64,000 nucleotides of DNA from Chlamydiales bacterium (GTDB lineage: Bacteria > Chlamydiota > Chlamydiia > Chlamydiales > JAAZZY01): positions 288,001 to 352,000 of the forward strand of contig CBDBKM010000010.1 of the NCBI GenBank assembly GCA_965206695.1, given 5' to 3'. This document shows, in pieces, positions 24,249-35,548 of this stretch; position 1 is the stretch's first letter; every line of letters begins with the position of its first letter. A program made the translations under genes and the position numbers. The notes beneath the pieces were generated by a model. It worked only from the letters and a program-made list of their open reading frames with translations. It was not told the origin of the DNA and ran no database searches.

Positions 24249-26435
24249 TTATTTATTTGATATTTCTAGTGCTATTTTAAATTTGTTGTTTATATTGTAT
24301 TTCCAATGCCACGAAGGTTTTTTTAAGGTTTCTATTTCAAACCGGATACTTCCATCTTTTTCAGCAGCGACTATACGGTGGTTTTCGGGGACTTCTATAA
24401 AATGGTTCCCTTTAAAGTGGATATTTTCGGCATAGAATTCAGCATTTCCATCCAGTTTAATCGTCATTTGTTCTCTATGAGAGAGTTCATGTTTCCAAAA
24501 TAAAAGATTTTTTGAATAATCGATACCATCGTTGGAGACCTGACAGTTCAATAATGTACATTTACCTGATTTTTCTGAGTAGGTTAGTATGTTTTCGGAA
24601 TCTTTTGAGCCCATACAGTCTGTAGCAGTAATAGTTAAGCTGCCATCTAAATGAAGGTCTTGCAAATTCAATTCTGCGATTTTTAATTGCAATTCAGAAT
24701 ATTTGATGAAAGACCCGCCTTTAATTTTCTGCGAAATTATTGAAAATAAGGGTCCTAGTGAGGGATGGTAGGTAAAAAGGAAAGGAGGCCCGTGCTTGAT
24801 ATAGTTATCGAGACCTTCTAATTTCGGAATGTCCATCTTACAATATCTATGAAGAAGGTCATAAGCATTTTTTAAATAATCATAGAAGCAAGCTTCAGGA
24901 GTTTCCATTAAGCCTTTACCCGGTGAATAGGCGTTTTTAGTTACAGATATTGTCTTACGGCGTTTATTGAATGTCAGAAATGTTTTGAGTAAGTGAACAT
25001 CTTCATGAAAAATAGGATGATCGAAAGTATCTACGAAAACATCGGCAATATTTTGCATCGTCGATTCAAGTCTACCGGCAAATACCTCTGAAGTCTTGCC
25101 TGCTGCATCGATAAAAGGGAATTTTTTTTTCATATTTATTAAAAGGCCCGGAATGCCGCTTTCTTTAATTACAGATTCTACGGCTTGTAGATCTGCATAC
25201 AGAATATTAGTATTTGAAGGAAAGATAGAATAAGGACTTTTAGGTACTGTAGGAGAATCTTGAATATTATATTTGGAAAAGTCAGTATATTCGATATTAG
25301 AGATGCCATAAGAATAGATGTTATTTTCTTTTTGCTCCGTTAAAATATTGACGCCTTCGCTGGCATGAAGAAGACGATGACAAGAAGCAAATCCGAAACT
25401 CTTTTGTTGGCTTGATCCTACTCCTGCAAAAGCTATGAGACCGTGGTCTGTGTTTGCTAAAGGGTTATTGATCTGTCGGACTAAGGCAATAGATCGTTTT
25501 TTTTCTTTAAACCAATTAAATATACCTTCGTCATGAGCAAGTTTCCATAGAACCCCATGTCCTCCGGGTTTTAATAAGAGTTTGAAGGGATCTTTTAGAA
25601 CCCAGTTGCCTTCTTCGGTAATGACAGGAACGCCGGGTTGATTAAAAAAAATAAAGGATGATTTTTTTCGATTAAACCAAGCATTGGTTTCACAAATTTC
25701 TAAAACGAATTTATGGTTGTTTTTAGCATGGGAGGTCATCATGGCGATTGGAGTTACGCATTGTTCATTAAATAACTTGTAATAAAGATATTCTCTGGCT
25801 TGAATATCGTTTATTAGACCGGTAAGAAGGGTTGTACCGTTAAATTGAAGTTTAGCTGTTGGAAGGGGATTCCCTGATTCACTGTCATGTAAATCCAGAC
25901 GATCTCCTGACCCTCCAATAGGATAGATTTCGGTCATTTGAGGTAAACACTTTAACCCTTCGATAATAAACTCATGAATTTTGTGTGTTTGTTCGGATAA
26001 ATCGACTCCAATAGGTTGATGGAATTGTTTATTCCGTATAGGAGGATTATGTTTATCTTGTTCACATAAGAACTCAAGAACTTTTGCATGATATCCAAGG
26101 ATGCCACCAATTTTATCATAAAACTTTTCAACCAAATGAAGATGACCTAATAACTCGGAAAAAGCTTTCCAAGCATTTACCATATCAACAGGCATTCTAA
26201 AGACAATTGGTCCTTGTTCTATTACAATAACGGATTTAACAGCATGGTTGTCCGGGTCATCAAGACGAGAAATAAATTTCTTTATTTTGGGATGAGATTT
26301 GAGAAAATAGTGAACCGCACTTTCTTGGTCTAAGAGGTTAATTTTCTCAGGTAGGCTTACAACCTCATTTTGTTTTTTGATCAGACTGTTTAAATATAGC
26401 AGTTGCTGTCTTAATTTAGAGAAGGGTATTGGCAT
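24249..26435 (-). CDS. UTP-sugar-1-phosphate uridylyltransferase (eukaryote-type UDPGP family)
   Basis: IGGSGDRL, PTAKL, AMMTS, FNQPGVP, KPGGHG, RQINNPL, EYTDF, NTN, RLESTMQN. Confidence 0.85.
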   Translation of the reverse strand: MPIPFSKLRQQLLYLNSLIKKQNEVVSLPEKINLLDQESAVHYFLKSHPKIKKFISRLDDPDNHAVKSVIVIEQGPIVFRMPVDMVNAWKAFSELLGHLHLVEKFYDKIGGILGYHAKVLEFLCEQDKHNPPIRNKQFHQPIGVDLSEQTHKIHEFIIEGLKCLPQMTEIYPIGGSGDRLDLHDSESGNPLPTAKLQFNGTTLLTGLINDIQAREYLYYKLFNEQCVTPIAMMTSHAKNNHKFVLEICETNAWFNRKKSSFIFFNQPGVPVITEEGNWVLKDPFKLLLKPGGHGVLWKLAHDEGIFNWFKEKKRSIALVRQINNPLANTDHGLIAFAGVGSSQQKSFGFASCHRLLHASEGVNILTEQKENNIYSYGISNIEYTDFSKYNIQDSPTVPKSPYSIFPSNTNILYADLQAVESVIKESGIPGLLINMKKKFPFIDAAGKTSEVFAGRLESTMQNIADVFVDTFDHPIFHEDVHLLKTFLTFNKRRKTISVTKNAYSPGKGLMETPEACFYDYLKNAYDLLHRYCKMDIPKLEGLDNYIKHGPPFLFTYHPSLGPLFSIISQKIKGGSFIKYSELQLKIAELNLQDLHLDGSLTITATDCMGSKDSENILTYSEKSGKCTLLNCQVSNDGIDYSKNLLFWKHELSHREQMTIKLDGNAEFYAENIHFKGNHFIEVPENHRIVAAEKDGSIRFEIETLKKPSWHWKYNINNKFKIALEISNK

Positions 26436-26552
26436 TACTTTTTAATCCGGCTAATTATAAAACTAATTGGAATCAAAACCAAGAGTATAATAGAGTTTAT
26501 AGTATCGCAAGCATTATCACAATAGAGTTAAAATGTCATCTGATTTTTTAAA

Positions 26553-26600
26553 AAGCCGCAGCTATGAAATTCAAGTGAGTTCTTTGCATAGCTGCGGCTT
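26553..26600. repeat. Perfect 14-bp inverted repeat (hairpin)
   Basis: AAGCCGCAGCTATG-N20-CATAGCTGCGGCTT; T-run follows on the minus strand. Confidence 0.8.
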
Positions 26601-26917
26601 ATCAAAAACATCAATATCAGGATTCGTTCCGGTAGGAATTGCGACAATCTTTTTTATAGAATTGTTTTGACTTTAAAAAAGGATCAAAGATAAAAGAATC
26701 ATTATTAAGAATTGAAATGCCGAAAAACCGATTTAATATCAATCGGGATTAGATGCATGTAAAATCGTTTGTTTAAATATGAAGTATTGCTAAACTACAA
26801 GTTTTGAGTTTATATAGGGAATTTTAAAAATTGGAAACTTAAAAGAACCCGACGTATATGATAGAGAGTTTCTTAAATGATATTTGCAAGTAATGATTAA
26901 AGCAGAAGGAGAATAAA

Positions 26918-27181
26918 ATGGCAGAGAAAAAAAAGGCCACGTCAGCATTTATGAAGCCTGTAACACTGAGTAAAGAATTAGAGGCTGTTGTAGGGAAGGG
27001 CCCCATGCCTAGAACCAAAGTAGTAAAAAACATCTGGGTATATATCAAAAAGAATAACAGGCAAGACCCTAAAAACAAGCGTAATATTCTTCCGGATGAT
27101 AAATTACAGAAAGTTTTTAATACGAAACAACCTGTGGATATGTTTCAAATGACAAAATTACTTTCTAAACATTTTTCTTAG
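26918..27181 (+). CDS. SWIB/MDM2-domain protein
   Basis: SAFMKPVTLSKELEAVVGKGPMPRTKVVKNIWVYIKKNNRQDPKNKRNILPDDKL; AAGGAG RBS. Confidence 0.93.
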   Translation: MAEKKKATSAFMKPVTLSKELEAVVGKGPMPRTKVVKNIWVYIKKNNRQDPKNKRNILPDDKLQKVFNTKQPVDMFQMTKLLSKHFS

Positions 27182-27191
27182 ACGCATGATT

Positions 27192-27226
27192 AAAAGGAGG
27201 GGATATAACCCTCCTCTTTCATTTTC
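27192..27226 (+). terminator. Probable intrinsic terminator after the SWIB gene
   Basis: GGAGGG-gatataa-CCCTCC stem followed by TCTTTCATTTT. Confidence 0.55.
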
Positions 27227-27260
27227 ATCCTGATCACACCCACATAAAGATTGACAGATT

Positions 27261-28454
27261 ATGAGTTCAAATAAGATACAACAAGCTGTTATTTTAGCAG
27301 GAGGTATTGGCTCACGGTTAAAACCTTTAACAGATAATTTGCCTAAGCCGATGATTTCTTTTCATGGGAAGCCCTTTTTAGAATACCTGATTGATATGCT
27401 ACGGAAACAAGGCATAAAAAAAATTCTTTTATTAACAGGCTATTTATCAGCAAAAATTTCAGATTATTTTAAAGACGGTAAGCGATTCGGCGTTGACATT
27501 TCCTATTCTGTTAGTCCTGTCGAAAACGATACGGCAACACGCATAAAACTTGCGATGGATCAAATTGACGAACACTTCCTTTTAATGTATTGCGACAATT
27601 ATTGGCCATTGAGACTAAACGATATGGAAAAGCAGTTTTTTCAATCAAAACATTTGGTGCAAATTACCGTTTATAATAATAAAGATCACTATACTAAAAA
27701 TAATGTATTGGTTGATGAATCTCAATCTGTTACCCAATATGATAAGAGTCGTAAAGCTACAGATCTAAATGGGGTTGATATTGGTTTTGTATTGATGCAA
27801 AAAAAGGCTCTGGACTTATTGCCGGATGGTAATGTGAATTTCGAGAATGACGTTTATACCAAATTGATAGAACAAACAGCTTTAAAAGCATTTCAAACAG
27901 ATCACCGCTATTATAGTGTAAGCTCTCATGAAAGACTTTCTCAAACAGAAGAATTTTTATTATTTAGACCGGCAATATGTTTAGATAGAGACGGTGTTCT
28001 AAATAAGCGTCCGGAGAAAGGCGAGTATGTAAAAAATTGGGAAGAATTTAGTTGGTTGGAAGGGGCTAAAGAAGCCATCGCCCTACTAAATAAAGAACAT
28101 TATCGTGTTTTTGTAATCACTAATCAACCCGGCATTGCAAGGAAGCAAATGAGTGAGGATGATTTAACGGCTATTCATGATAATATGCAAAAAGAATTGG
28201 CTGAAGTTGGAGCAAAGATAAGTAAAATTTATTATTGCCCACATGGTTGGGACGATGGTTGTGATTGTAGAAAACCTAAACCGGGTTTACTCTATCAAGC
28301 TCAAAAAGACTTTGATCTTAATTTATCGATTGTTCCTTTTATAGGAGATGAATTACGAGATCAAGAAGCCGGACAGGCAGCAGGAACACCATCCTGGACT
28401 GTTTCAAAAGATAATACTCTTTTAGATCAGGTGCAGGAGTTTTTATTTGGGTAA
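27261..28454 (+). CDS. Fused nucleotidyltransferase (HddC-like) and GmhB-type HAD phosphatase
   Basis: N-terminal LAGGIGSRL...PKPM; C-terminal LDRDGVL, ITNQPGI, CPH...CDCRKPKPG, IGD. Confidence 0.85.
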   Translation: MSSNKIQQAVILAGGIGSRLKPLTDNLPKPMISFHGKPFLEYLIDMLRKQGIKKILLLTGYLSAKISDYFKDGKRFGVDISYSVSPVENDTATRIKLAMDQIDEHFLLMYCDNYWPLRLNDMEKQFFQSKHLVQITVYNNKDHYTKNNVLVDESQSVTQYDKSRKATDLNGVDIGFVLMQKKALDLLPDGNVNFENDVYTKLIEQTALKAFQTDHRYYSVSSHERLSQTEEFLLFRPAICLDRDGVLNKRPEKGEYVKNWEEFSWLEGAKEAIALLNKEHYRVFVITNQPGIARKQMSEDDLTAIHDNMQKELAEVGAKISKIYYCPHGWDDGCDCRKPKPGLLYQAQKDFDLNLSIVPFIGDELRDQEAGQAAGTPSWTVSKDNTLLDQVQEFLFG

Positions 28455-28506
28455 CGTTTTGAAAAAAATCATGTTCAAATTTAGAGATCCTTGACAGTTC
28501 CCAACC

Positions 28507-29100
28507 CAGGGCTGTCCCATTAAAATAATAATTCTAAATTAACTTGTTTTTCATTTATTCTCTCTGAATTAAATATAATTTTTGGAGAGATAGAATGAAT
28601 AGAGTTATCCCATTTTTAGAAAGCTTTGAGACCCTTGAAGACCCTAGAATTGATAGAAAAAAGTTATACCCGTTAAATGAGATCTTACTTATTACACTCT
28701 CTGCTGTTATTTGTGGAGCAGACAGTGGGAGGGATTTGGTTACATTTGGAGAAGAAAAGCTTGAACATTTGAAACGTTATCTTCCTTTTAAACATGGAGT
28801 TCCGTGTAAAAATACTTTCTCTAGATTATTTGCTTCGATTAACCCCGAACAGTTTAAAACCTGTTTTTTATCTTGGATAGATTCTTTTCAAAGAGTTTTT
28901 AAAACAGTAGCCATTGACGGCAAGACACTAAGACGTAGTCATGATAAGATTCATAATCAATCAGCTATTCATTCAGTTAGTGCTTTTGCCACGGAAGCAA
29001 GACTCGTATTGGGTCAGTTAAAAGTTTCTGATAAATCAAATGACATAACAGCGATTCCCGAATGATTAAACCTATTAGACATCAATGACTTAATCATTAC
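28507..29100 (+). mobile_element. Truncated ISAs1-family element
   Basis: CAGGG left end; LEDPR...AVICGAD, VAIDGKTLRRS, KSNDITAIPE then a stop; 3' half absent. Confidence 0.88.
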
Positions 29101-29118
29101 TTATGATATTGGTTTTGC

Positions 29119-29544
29119 ATGAACCGATTAACTTCAACTCAAAGAAGCACTTTTGAATTTCAGGTAAAAAAGACCTGTGATATAAATGAACGTAATCGTT
29201 TGTGTGTGCTTCTTGCACGAGATGACGGTCCGGAGCCTGATCCCAAGGGAGGATCAGCCGGTAAATTATCCAAACTGCAAACTAAAGAACCGGTGGACCA
29301 TCTTTCTCAATATACCTATAGAAGGGTTAAGGATGTATGTGCGTATGTCTTAGAACAATATAAGATTTCCTATAGCACAGGAGGGATGACATCTTGGCTA
29401 AAGCATCATCATTTTGTTTTCAAAAGCCCTGTTAACGTCCCCGGTAGGCTTGACTTAGAGAAACAGGCACAATTTATTAAAGAATAGGAAGCATTAAAAG
29501 CAGGCCTTCAAAATAGTGAAGAGATCTATTTTTTTGATGCAGTA
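29119..29544 (+). mobile_element. IS630-family transposase 5' remnant (lineage E)
   Basis: ERNRLCVLL, GGSAGKL, YSTGGMTSWL, in-frame stop, EIYFFDAV, then cut by IS630-A. Confidence 0.8.
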
Positions 29545-30479
29545 TAGTATTTTAATTTTTATTTGATAATATGTTATCCTTCTTTTTTTATACAAACAGT
29601 AAGGATAAAACAATGCCTAGAGCCTATTCAGTAGATCTTCGAGAGAAAGTATTACAACATATAGAAAAACATCATGATAAAAAAACAGCCGGCCATATTT
29701 TTCAAGTAGGTATCGCAACAATATATCGATGGATCTTGCAAAAAAAGCAAAAAGGACATTTAAAGCCAATCCGCAGAAAATATGCTTATAAGAAATTAGA
29801 TGATGAGTTGTTATCTAAATATGTAGAAAAACATCCGGATTATTTTTTATCGGAAATTGCTGATTATTTTTCAGTCACTCCGCAAACGATTTTTTATGCC
29901 CTTAAAAGATTAAAAATTACACGAAAAAAAAAACTACCCGCTATAAGGAAAGAGATGAAAAGAAACGGGAAGCTTTTATGAAAGATTTAAAAAATATTCC
30001 CTTTGACAAGAGAATTTATCTCGATGAAACCGGGATTCATCAATTTTTATTTCGTGAGTCCGGAAGAAGCTTACGCGGCAAAAAAGTTTTTGGAGCGGTT
30101 TCAGGAAACCGCTTTATAAGGCAAAATATTATTTCAGCCCTATCTAAAGGGCAGTTTTTATCTCCAATGTGTTTTGAAGGTACTTGTAATACCGGGTTAT
30201 TCAATATTTGGCTTAAGGAAGTTTTGACTCCTCAGCTTACACCCGGTAGTGTTCTTATTCTTGACAATGCCGGTTTTCACAAGTCAGCGGAAAGCAGGAA
30301 AACAGTAGAATCTGCCGGTTGTAAGCTTATGTTTCTTCCTCCCTATTCTCCGGACTTAAATCCTATAGAAAAATATTGGGCTAATATGAAAAATAAAGTT
30401 AGAGAGATATTACGAAAAGTTACGAATTTTAAATTCGCCATTGATCAAGCAATCTTATCAATATAAAATTAAATGACTA
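29545..30479 (+). mobile_element. IS630 lineage A copy 2
   Basis: Near-identical to 12255-13189; TA on both sides. Confidence 0.95.
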
Positions 30480-31148
30480 TAAAACCTCGATTATGATCAG
30501 TGTAAGCATTTTTAAACAATGAGCATTTTTTGTTTTGCCGTCACTATCCTACAATCCACAGAAACGTATTGCTCCGCTTGTATCCCAATACCATAAAAAT
30601 TGACCTAACCGATTCCTGCTATAACATCATCTACATTCCCGGAATATTGGTCATTTACAATCTCTATTTTTTTACTATGCGTTTTTGAAAGAACGGTACT
30701 ATCCACAATTTAAGTACACCCGGCTCATCCGGATCGATATCGTACTTGACGGTTTCGAAAATGTCTCTTAGAGTGAAATTGTTTATCCTTTAACCGACGG
30801 CTAATGCTGTCATGTGACAAGTAATCAGGACAAACTTCTGACATCACAAGCCCGGAATATCTCATACTGCTTACTTGAATGAAGGTGCTATATCATTCTT
30901 TTATGCATTTATGTAACGGCATTTCCACCCCCAAGATAAAGAGAAAAATAATACCCTGATTTAAAAAATTATTTAAACAATTATTTTAATAACGCATATC
31001 TGTAGTGCGAAACTCCTTTACAGGTTCAATACTAAACATCTTCTATCTTTTTCATTGCAACATAAGTAGTATTATCTATCATTGTGCCTTTGACTATTTA
31101 TGTTATTTGAAATAAAACCTATCTCGATACCTACAAGGAGTTAAGAGA

Positions 31149-33140
31149 ATGGATAGTGACGAGAAAAAGATCTTGCAGAAAGTGGCTAATACCGTACGAA
31201 TTTTATCTATGGATGCTGTACAAAAAGCTAATTCAGGACATCCGGGCCTGCCATTAGGCTGTGCTGAATTTGGGGCATACCTTTGGGGAAAAGCGATGCG
31301 TTACAATCCAAAAAATCCTAAATGGGCCGCTCGAGATCGTTTTTTATTATCAGCAGGTCATGGTTGTATGCTGCAATATTCTCTTTTACATCTATCGGGT
31401 TATGACCTTTCCTTAGAAGATATAAAGAACTTTCGTCAACTACACTCTAAAACTCCGGGTCACCCTGAATATGGTCATACTGCCGGGATTGAGGCCACCA
31501 CAGGTCCTTTAGGACAAGGAGTTGCCAACGCTGTAGGTGAGGCATTAGGCTTTAAACTTCTGGGAGAAAAATTCAATACAAGTGAACATGCTATCTTTAA
31601 TAACAAAATCTTTTGCCTAGCAGGAGATGGCTGTATTATGGAAGGGATCTCTTCCGAAGCTTCCTCTTTTGCCGGACATATAGGTTTGGATAACCTTATA
31701 CTTATCTATGATTCCAATAAGATTTGTTTAGATGGTCCTTTGAGAGAATGTTGTTCTGAAGATACTAAAGCTCGTTATAAAGCATATAACTGGGAAGTAT
31801 ACGAAGTAGACGGCTATGATTTCGATGCTTTAGATGATCTATTTAACAAATTAAAAGAGCACCAAGAAAAACCCGCTTTGGTTGTTATGCATACTATCAT
31901 TGGTAAGGGTTCTCCTAATAAACAAGGCACTCATAAAGCGCACGGATCTCCTTTAGGACCTGATGAGGTTAAAGCAACCAAAGAGGCTCTAGGTTTACCT
32001 CTGGAAGATTTTTATATTGCTCAAGCGGTAAAAGATTTTTTTGAAAAAAGGCAACCTAAATTACAAGCATTAGAAGATGAATGGAAAAACAATTTCGATG
32101 CTTGGTCAAAGAAAAATCCTGAGCTCTATCAAGAATTTGAATGGATGAGCCACAAGAGGTTGCCTGACAACTTAGAAGAAGAATTAAAAAAACTAGAAGT
32201 ACCCAATCCCATAGCAGGGCGCTCAGCCTCACAGGCCGTGCTTGCTAAGCTAGGAGACTTACTGCCTCAACTATATGGCGGATCTGCTGATCTATCAGGA
32301 TCTGATATGACGATGATGACAGAATTCGATATAGTAGGCCCGAAGGATTTTAAGGGAAGAAATATGAAGTATGGCGTAAGAGAATTCGCTATGTCTGCTA
32401 TCAGTTCAGGGCTTTCTCAAACCGGCATGATTTTTCCTTACTGTGGTACTTTCTGTACTTTTTCTGACTATATGCGTAATGCCATTCGTCTAGCGTGCTT
32501 ATCCAAATATCAAGAAGCTTATCAATTTACTCATGATTCTATCTTTTTAGGTGAAGATGGCCCGACTCATCAACCTATAGAACATTACGCTTCTTTAAGA
32601 ACGATACCTAATTTACAGGTTATTCGCCCGGCAGATACCAATGAAGTTAAAATGGGTTGGATAGCGGCCCTTAACTACAAAGGTCCTACCGCTTTTATTT
32701 TAACGAGGCAGAAACTTCTCGTGTTAGATCATACGGATGTTTCTTATACTGATGGACTAAGCAAAGGCGCCTATGTTGTTAAAAAAGAGAAAAGCCACCC
32801 GAATTTTACACTGCTTGCAACAGGATCAGAATTATCTTTAGCTATAGATGTTTCCAAAGAGCTCGAGAAATTAGGTAAAGATGTTCGAGTCATTTCTTTC
32901 CCCTGCTGGGAAATTTTTGATAAGCAACCCGACAGTTACAAAGAAAGTGTTATCGGTGGCGATATCGGGAAGAGAGTGAGTATTGAGGCCGGTGTTGACT
33001 TAGGCTGGCATAAGTATATCGGCCTTGAAGGTATCGCTATTTGTATTGAAGGTTTTGGTGCATCAGCTCCTGCCGATGCTTTATATGTTGAATATGGATT
33101 TACCGTAGAATCAATTTTAGAACGTATTTTGAATGGATAA
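31149..33140 (+). CDS. tkt: Transketolase
   Basis: NSGHPG, DRFLLSAGH, TTGPLGQG, GDGCIMEG, YGVREFAM, THDSIFLGEDGPTHQP. Confidence 0.98.
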   Translation: MDSDEKKILQKVANTVRILSMDAVQKANSGHPGLPLGCAEFGAYLWGKAMRYNPKNPKWAARDRFLLSAGHGCMLQYSLLHLSGYDLSLEDIKNFRQLHSKTPGHPEYGHTAGIEATTGPLGQGVANAVGEALGFKLLGEKFNTSEHAIFNNKIFCLAGDGCIMEGISSEASSFAGHIGLDNLILIYDSNKICLDGPLRECCSEDTKARYKAYNWEVYEVDGYDFDALDDLFNKLKEHQEKPALVVMHTIIGKGSPNKQGTHKAHGSPLGPDEVKATKEALGLPLEDFYIAQAVKDFFEKRQPKLQALEDEWKNNFDAWSKKNPELYQEFEWMSHKRLPDNLEEELKKLEVPNPIAGRSASQAVLAKLGDLLPQLYGGSADLSGSDMTMMTEFDIVGPKDFKGRNMKYGVREFAMSAISSGLSQTGMIFPYCGTFCTFSDYMRNAIRLACLSKYQEAYQFTHDSIFLGEDGPTHQPIEHYASLRTIPNLQVIRPADTNEVKMGWIAALNYKGPTAFILTRQKLLVLDHTDVSYTDGLSKGAYVVKKEKSHPNFTLLATGSELSLAIDVSKELEKLGKDVRVISFPCWEIFDKQPDSYKESVIGGDIGKRVSIEAGVDLGWHKYIGLEGIAICIEGFGASAPADALYVEYGFTVESILERILNG

Positions 33141-34149
33141 TTCTTTATTAATTAAGGCTCTGTTATGCAAAGGGCCTGATAGAATCCCCGCATGGTTTAT
33201 GCGACAAGCCGGAAGATACCTCCCGGAGTATAGACAATTACGTCAAAGGCATTCTTTTTTAGACCTTTGTAGGACTCCTGAGCTTGCTGCTCAAGTGACT
33301 TGCCTTCCCCTTAATATATTAAATCCGGATGCTGCCATTCTCTTTGCAGATATTCTTCTTTTACTCCCCCCGTTCGGTCTGGATTTGAGCTTTGAAGAGC
33401 AACAAGGACCTCTTATTTCTAACCCTTTAGAAAAGCCCGGAGATCTTTTTAGATTGAAACTAACTCATATTACTGAAGAGTTATCTCATGTTTTTGAAAC
33501 CATTAAACTTTTAAAAAAAGATATTTCTGTTCCACTAATTGGATTTTCCGGTGCTCCTTTTACTTTAGCTACTTATATGATTGAAGGTAAAACAGGATCA
33601 AGTTTCAAAAGAACAAAAGAATGGATATACAATCACCCAAATGAGCTTCATAAGCTTTTAGATACTCTAACAACCACTGTCATTGAATATCTTAAAGGAC
33701 AAATTAAAGCCGGTGTTGATGCCATTCAAATTTTCGATTCATGGGCGCATATTATTCCTCATCATCTTATTCATACTTTTTCTGCTCAATATTTAAAACG
33801 TATTGTAGATGCTCTTCGTCCCTTTAATATCCCTATCATTCTATTCGCTCGTTCGATGTCTTTATTTATTGATCAATTTATCCGGGTGAACCCGCATTGC
33901 CTTAGTTTAGACCAGCAGGCTGATATGGTTAAAATGCGAAAAGCATTTCCCAATATTTCTTTCCAAGGAAATCTAGATCCTGATCTGTTATATGCCCCCA
34001 AGCATGTTATAAAAAAGGAATTAGATAATCTTTTAGCCGGTATGAAAGATGATAAAGGTTATATTTTTAACTTAGGGCATGGAATCAAACCCGATACGCC
34101 GGTTGATTCTGCAAAATTTGTAATCGATTATGTCAAATCCATCAAATAG
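33133..34149 (+). CDS. hemE: Uroporphyrinogen decarboxylase
   Basis: WFMRQAGRYLPEYR, ILFADIL, QIFDSW, QGNLDP, NLGHG. Confidence 0.97.
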   Translation: MDNSLLIKALLCKGPDRIPAWFMRQAGRYLPEYRQLRQRHSFLDLCRTPELAAQVTCLPLNILNPDAAILFADILLLLPPFGLDLSFEEQQGPLISNPLEKPGDLFRLKLTHITEELSHVFETIKLLKKDISVPLIGFSGAPFTLATYMIEGKTGSSFKRTKEWIYNHPNELHKLLDTLTTTVIEYLKGQIKAGVDAIQIFDSWAHIIPHHLIHTFSAQYLKRIVDALRPFNIPIILFARSMSLFIDQFIRVNPHCLSLDQQADMVKMRKAFPNISFQGNLDPDLLYAPKHVIKKELDNLLAGMKDDKGYIFNLGHGIKPDTPVDSAKFVIDYVKSIK

Positions 34150-35548
34150 AAAAAAAGTTGTTATTTTAGGAGCCGGAATTTCCGGACTCACTTTAGCATG
34201 GTATCTGAAAAAATTTTTCAAAGATACCATCGAGATTACAATAGTTGAAAAAAATCCATATATAGGCGGCTTTCTACAAACTAAAGTTATTGATAACTTT
34301 CTATTTGAAACAGGCCCTCATACTATCAGAGCGAAGGCCATTGAAGGACCGGCTGTTCTTGATCTTTTACAAGAACTTGGTTTAAATCACGAGTTACTTC
34401 TTACCGATCCATGTGTCAAAAATCGTTACCTTTGGTTAAACGATCGTCTTAGTAAAATTCCGGAAAATCCTTTTAGCCTTATCCTATCACCTGTCACACG
34501 TACTCATTTAAAAACCCTTTTTAAAGAAAGCTGCGTGCTTCCTAAAACAGACGAGGACGAAAGTGTTTACGACTTTATTTCCAGAAGGTTAAACGCAGAA
34601 ATTGCAGAAACTATCATAGATCCTATGATGAGTGGTATTTATGCCGGAGATATTAAAAAACTTTCAGCGAATGCTTGTTTACCTTACTTAAAAGGACTGG
34701 AAAAAAAATATGGCTCTATTATTAAGGGTTTTAGAAAAAGCAAAAAAGAAATGACAACAAACTCACCACTGTTACATAAAAGTAAAATATTTTCCTTTCG
34801 AAATGGCTTGAAAAGCCTACCTCAAGCATTTTTAAAAAAACTTAAAATATCCTATCTTCTTTCTACTCCTGTTACTTCTTTAGACTTCTCTTCTGATAAA
34901 GTAAAGGTTCGCACTCCGGAGAAAGTCCTGGATGCCGATTATGTATTTTCAACTCTTTCATCTCAAACACTCTCCCCATTATTAAAACCTCATAATGAAA
35001 AGATAGCCACCTACTTGGATCAAATCCCTCTACACTCTATCATTACCATTAACTTGGGTTATCCGGAAAAACTTCCTATCAAAAAAGGTTTTGGTTACCT
35101 CATTCCTTCCAAAGAACAAGAAGATATATTAGGCGTTATACAAAGCTCTAACATGTTATCTGAACACAACCATTTTCCAAATGAAACAAGGCTTTCTTTA
35201 ATGTTAGGTGGAGCCAAAAGGCCCGATCTCTTAGATTACGATGACAAAGAACTTTTGTTGATATCTGCTAACGCACTAAATAGACATTTAGGAATTAAAC
35301 AACATCCGAATACGTCGTGCATTACGAGACATTATCATGCTATCCCTCAGTATCTCATCGGTCATCATCAGCGAGTTGAGTTGATTGAAAATATTCAAAA
35401 TACAATAACACCTAACTTACAATTGTTAGGGTGGAGTTTTTACGGCGTGTCTATTCCGGCATGTATTTCTAAAGCTCGAGAAGTGGCTAGTTTGTTTTAT
35501 AATGATTTTAAATCTAAACAACCTGTGGATCAGATGCCTTTTTGTTAG
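34130..35548 (+). CDS. hemY: Protoporphyrinogen/coproporphyrinogen oxidase (HemY type)
   Basis: GAGISGL, FETGP, SGIYAGD, GFGYLIP, AIPQY; follows hemE. Confidence 0.92.
   Translation: MSNPSNRKKVVILGAGISGLTLAWYLKKFFKDTIEITIVEKNPYIGGFLQTKVIDNFLFETGPHTIRAKAIEGPAVLDLLQELGLNHELLLTDPCVKNRYLWLNDRLSKIPENPFSLILSPVTRTHLKTLFKESCVLPKTDEDESVYDFISRRLNAEIAETIIDPMMSGIYAGDIKKLSANACLPYLKGLEKKYGSIIKGFRKSKKEMTTNSPLLHKSKIFSFRNGLKSLPQAFLKKLKISYLLSTPVTSLDFSSDKVKVRTPEKVLDADYVFSTLSSQTLSPLLKPHNEKIATYLDQIPLHSIITINLGYPEKLPIKKGFGYLIPSKEQEDILGVIQSSNMLSEHNHFPNETRLSLMLGGAKRPDLLDYDDKELLLISANALNRHLGIKQHPNTSCITRHYHAIPQYLIGHHQRVELIENIQNTITPNLQLLGWSFYGVSIPACISKAREVASLFYNDFKSKQPVDQMPFC

Noticed and set aside
30482..30830. Stop-interrupted minus-strand reading frame
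   Set aside because: Probably gene debris; no family recognisable.
31055..31080. Another ATAA-N6-TTAT motif upstream of tkt as a chromosomal dif candidate
   Set aside because: Only the 4-bp inner arms match, which is expected by chance in AT-rich DNA.
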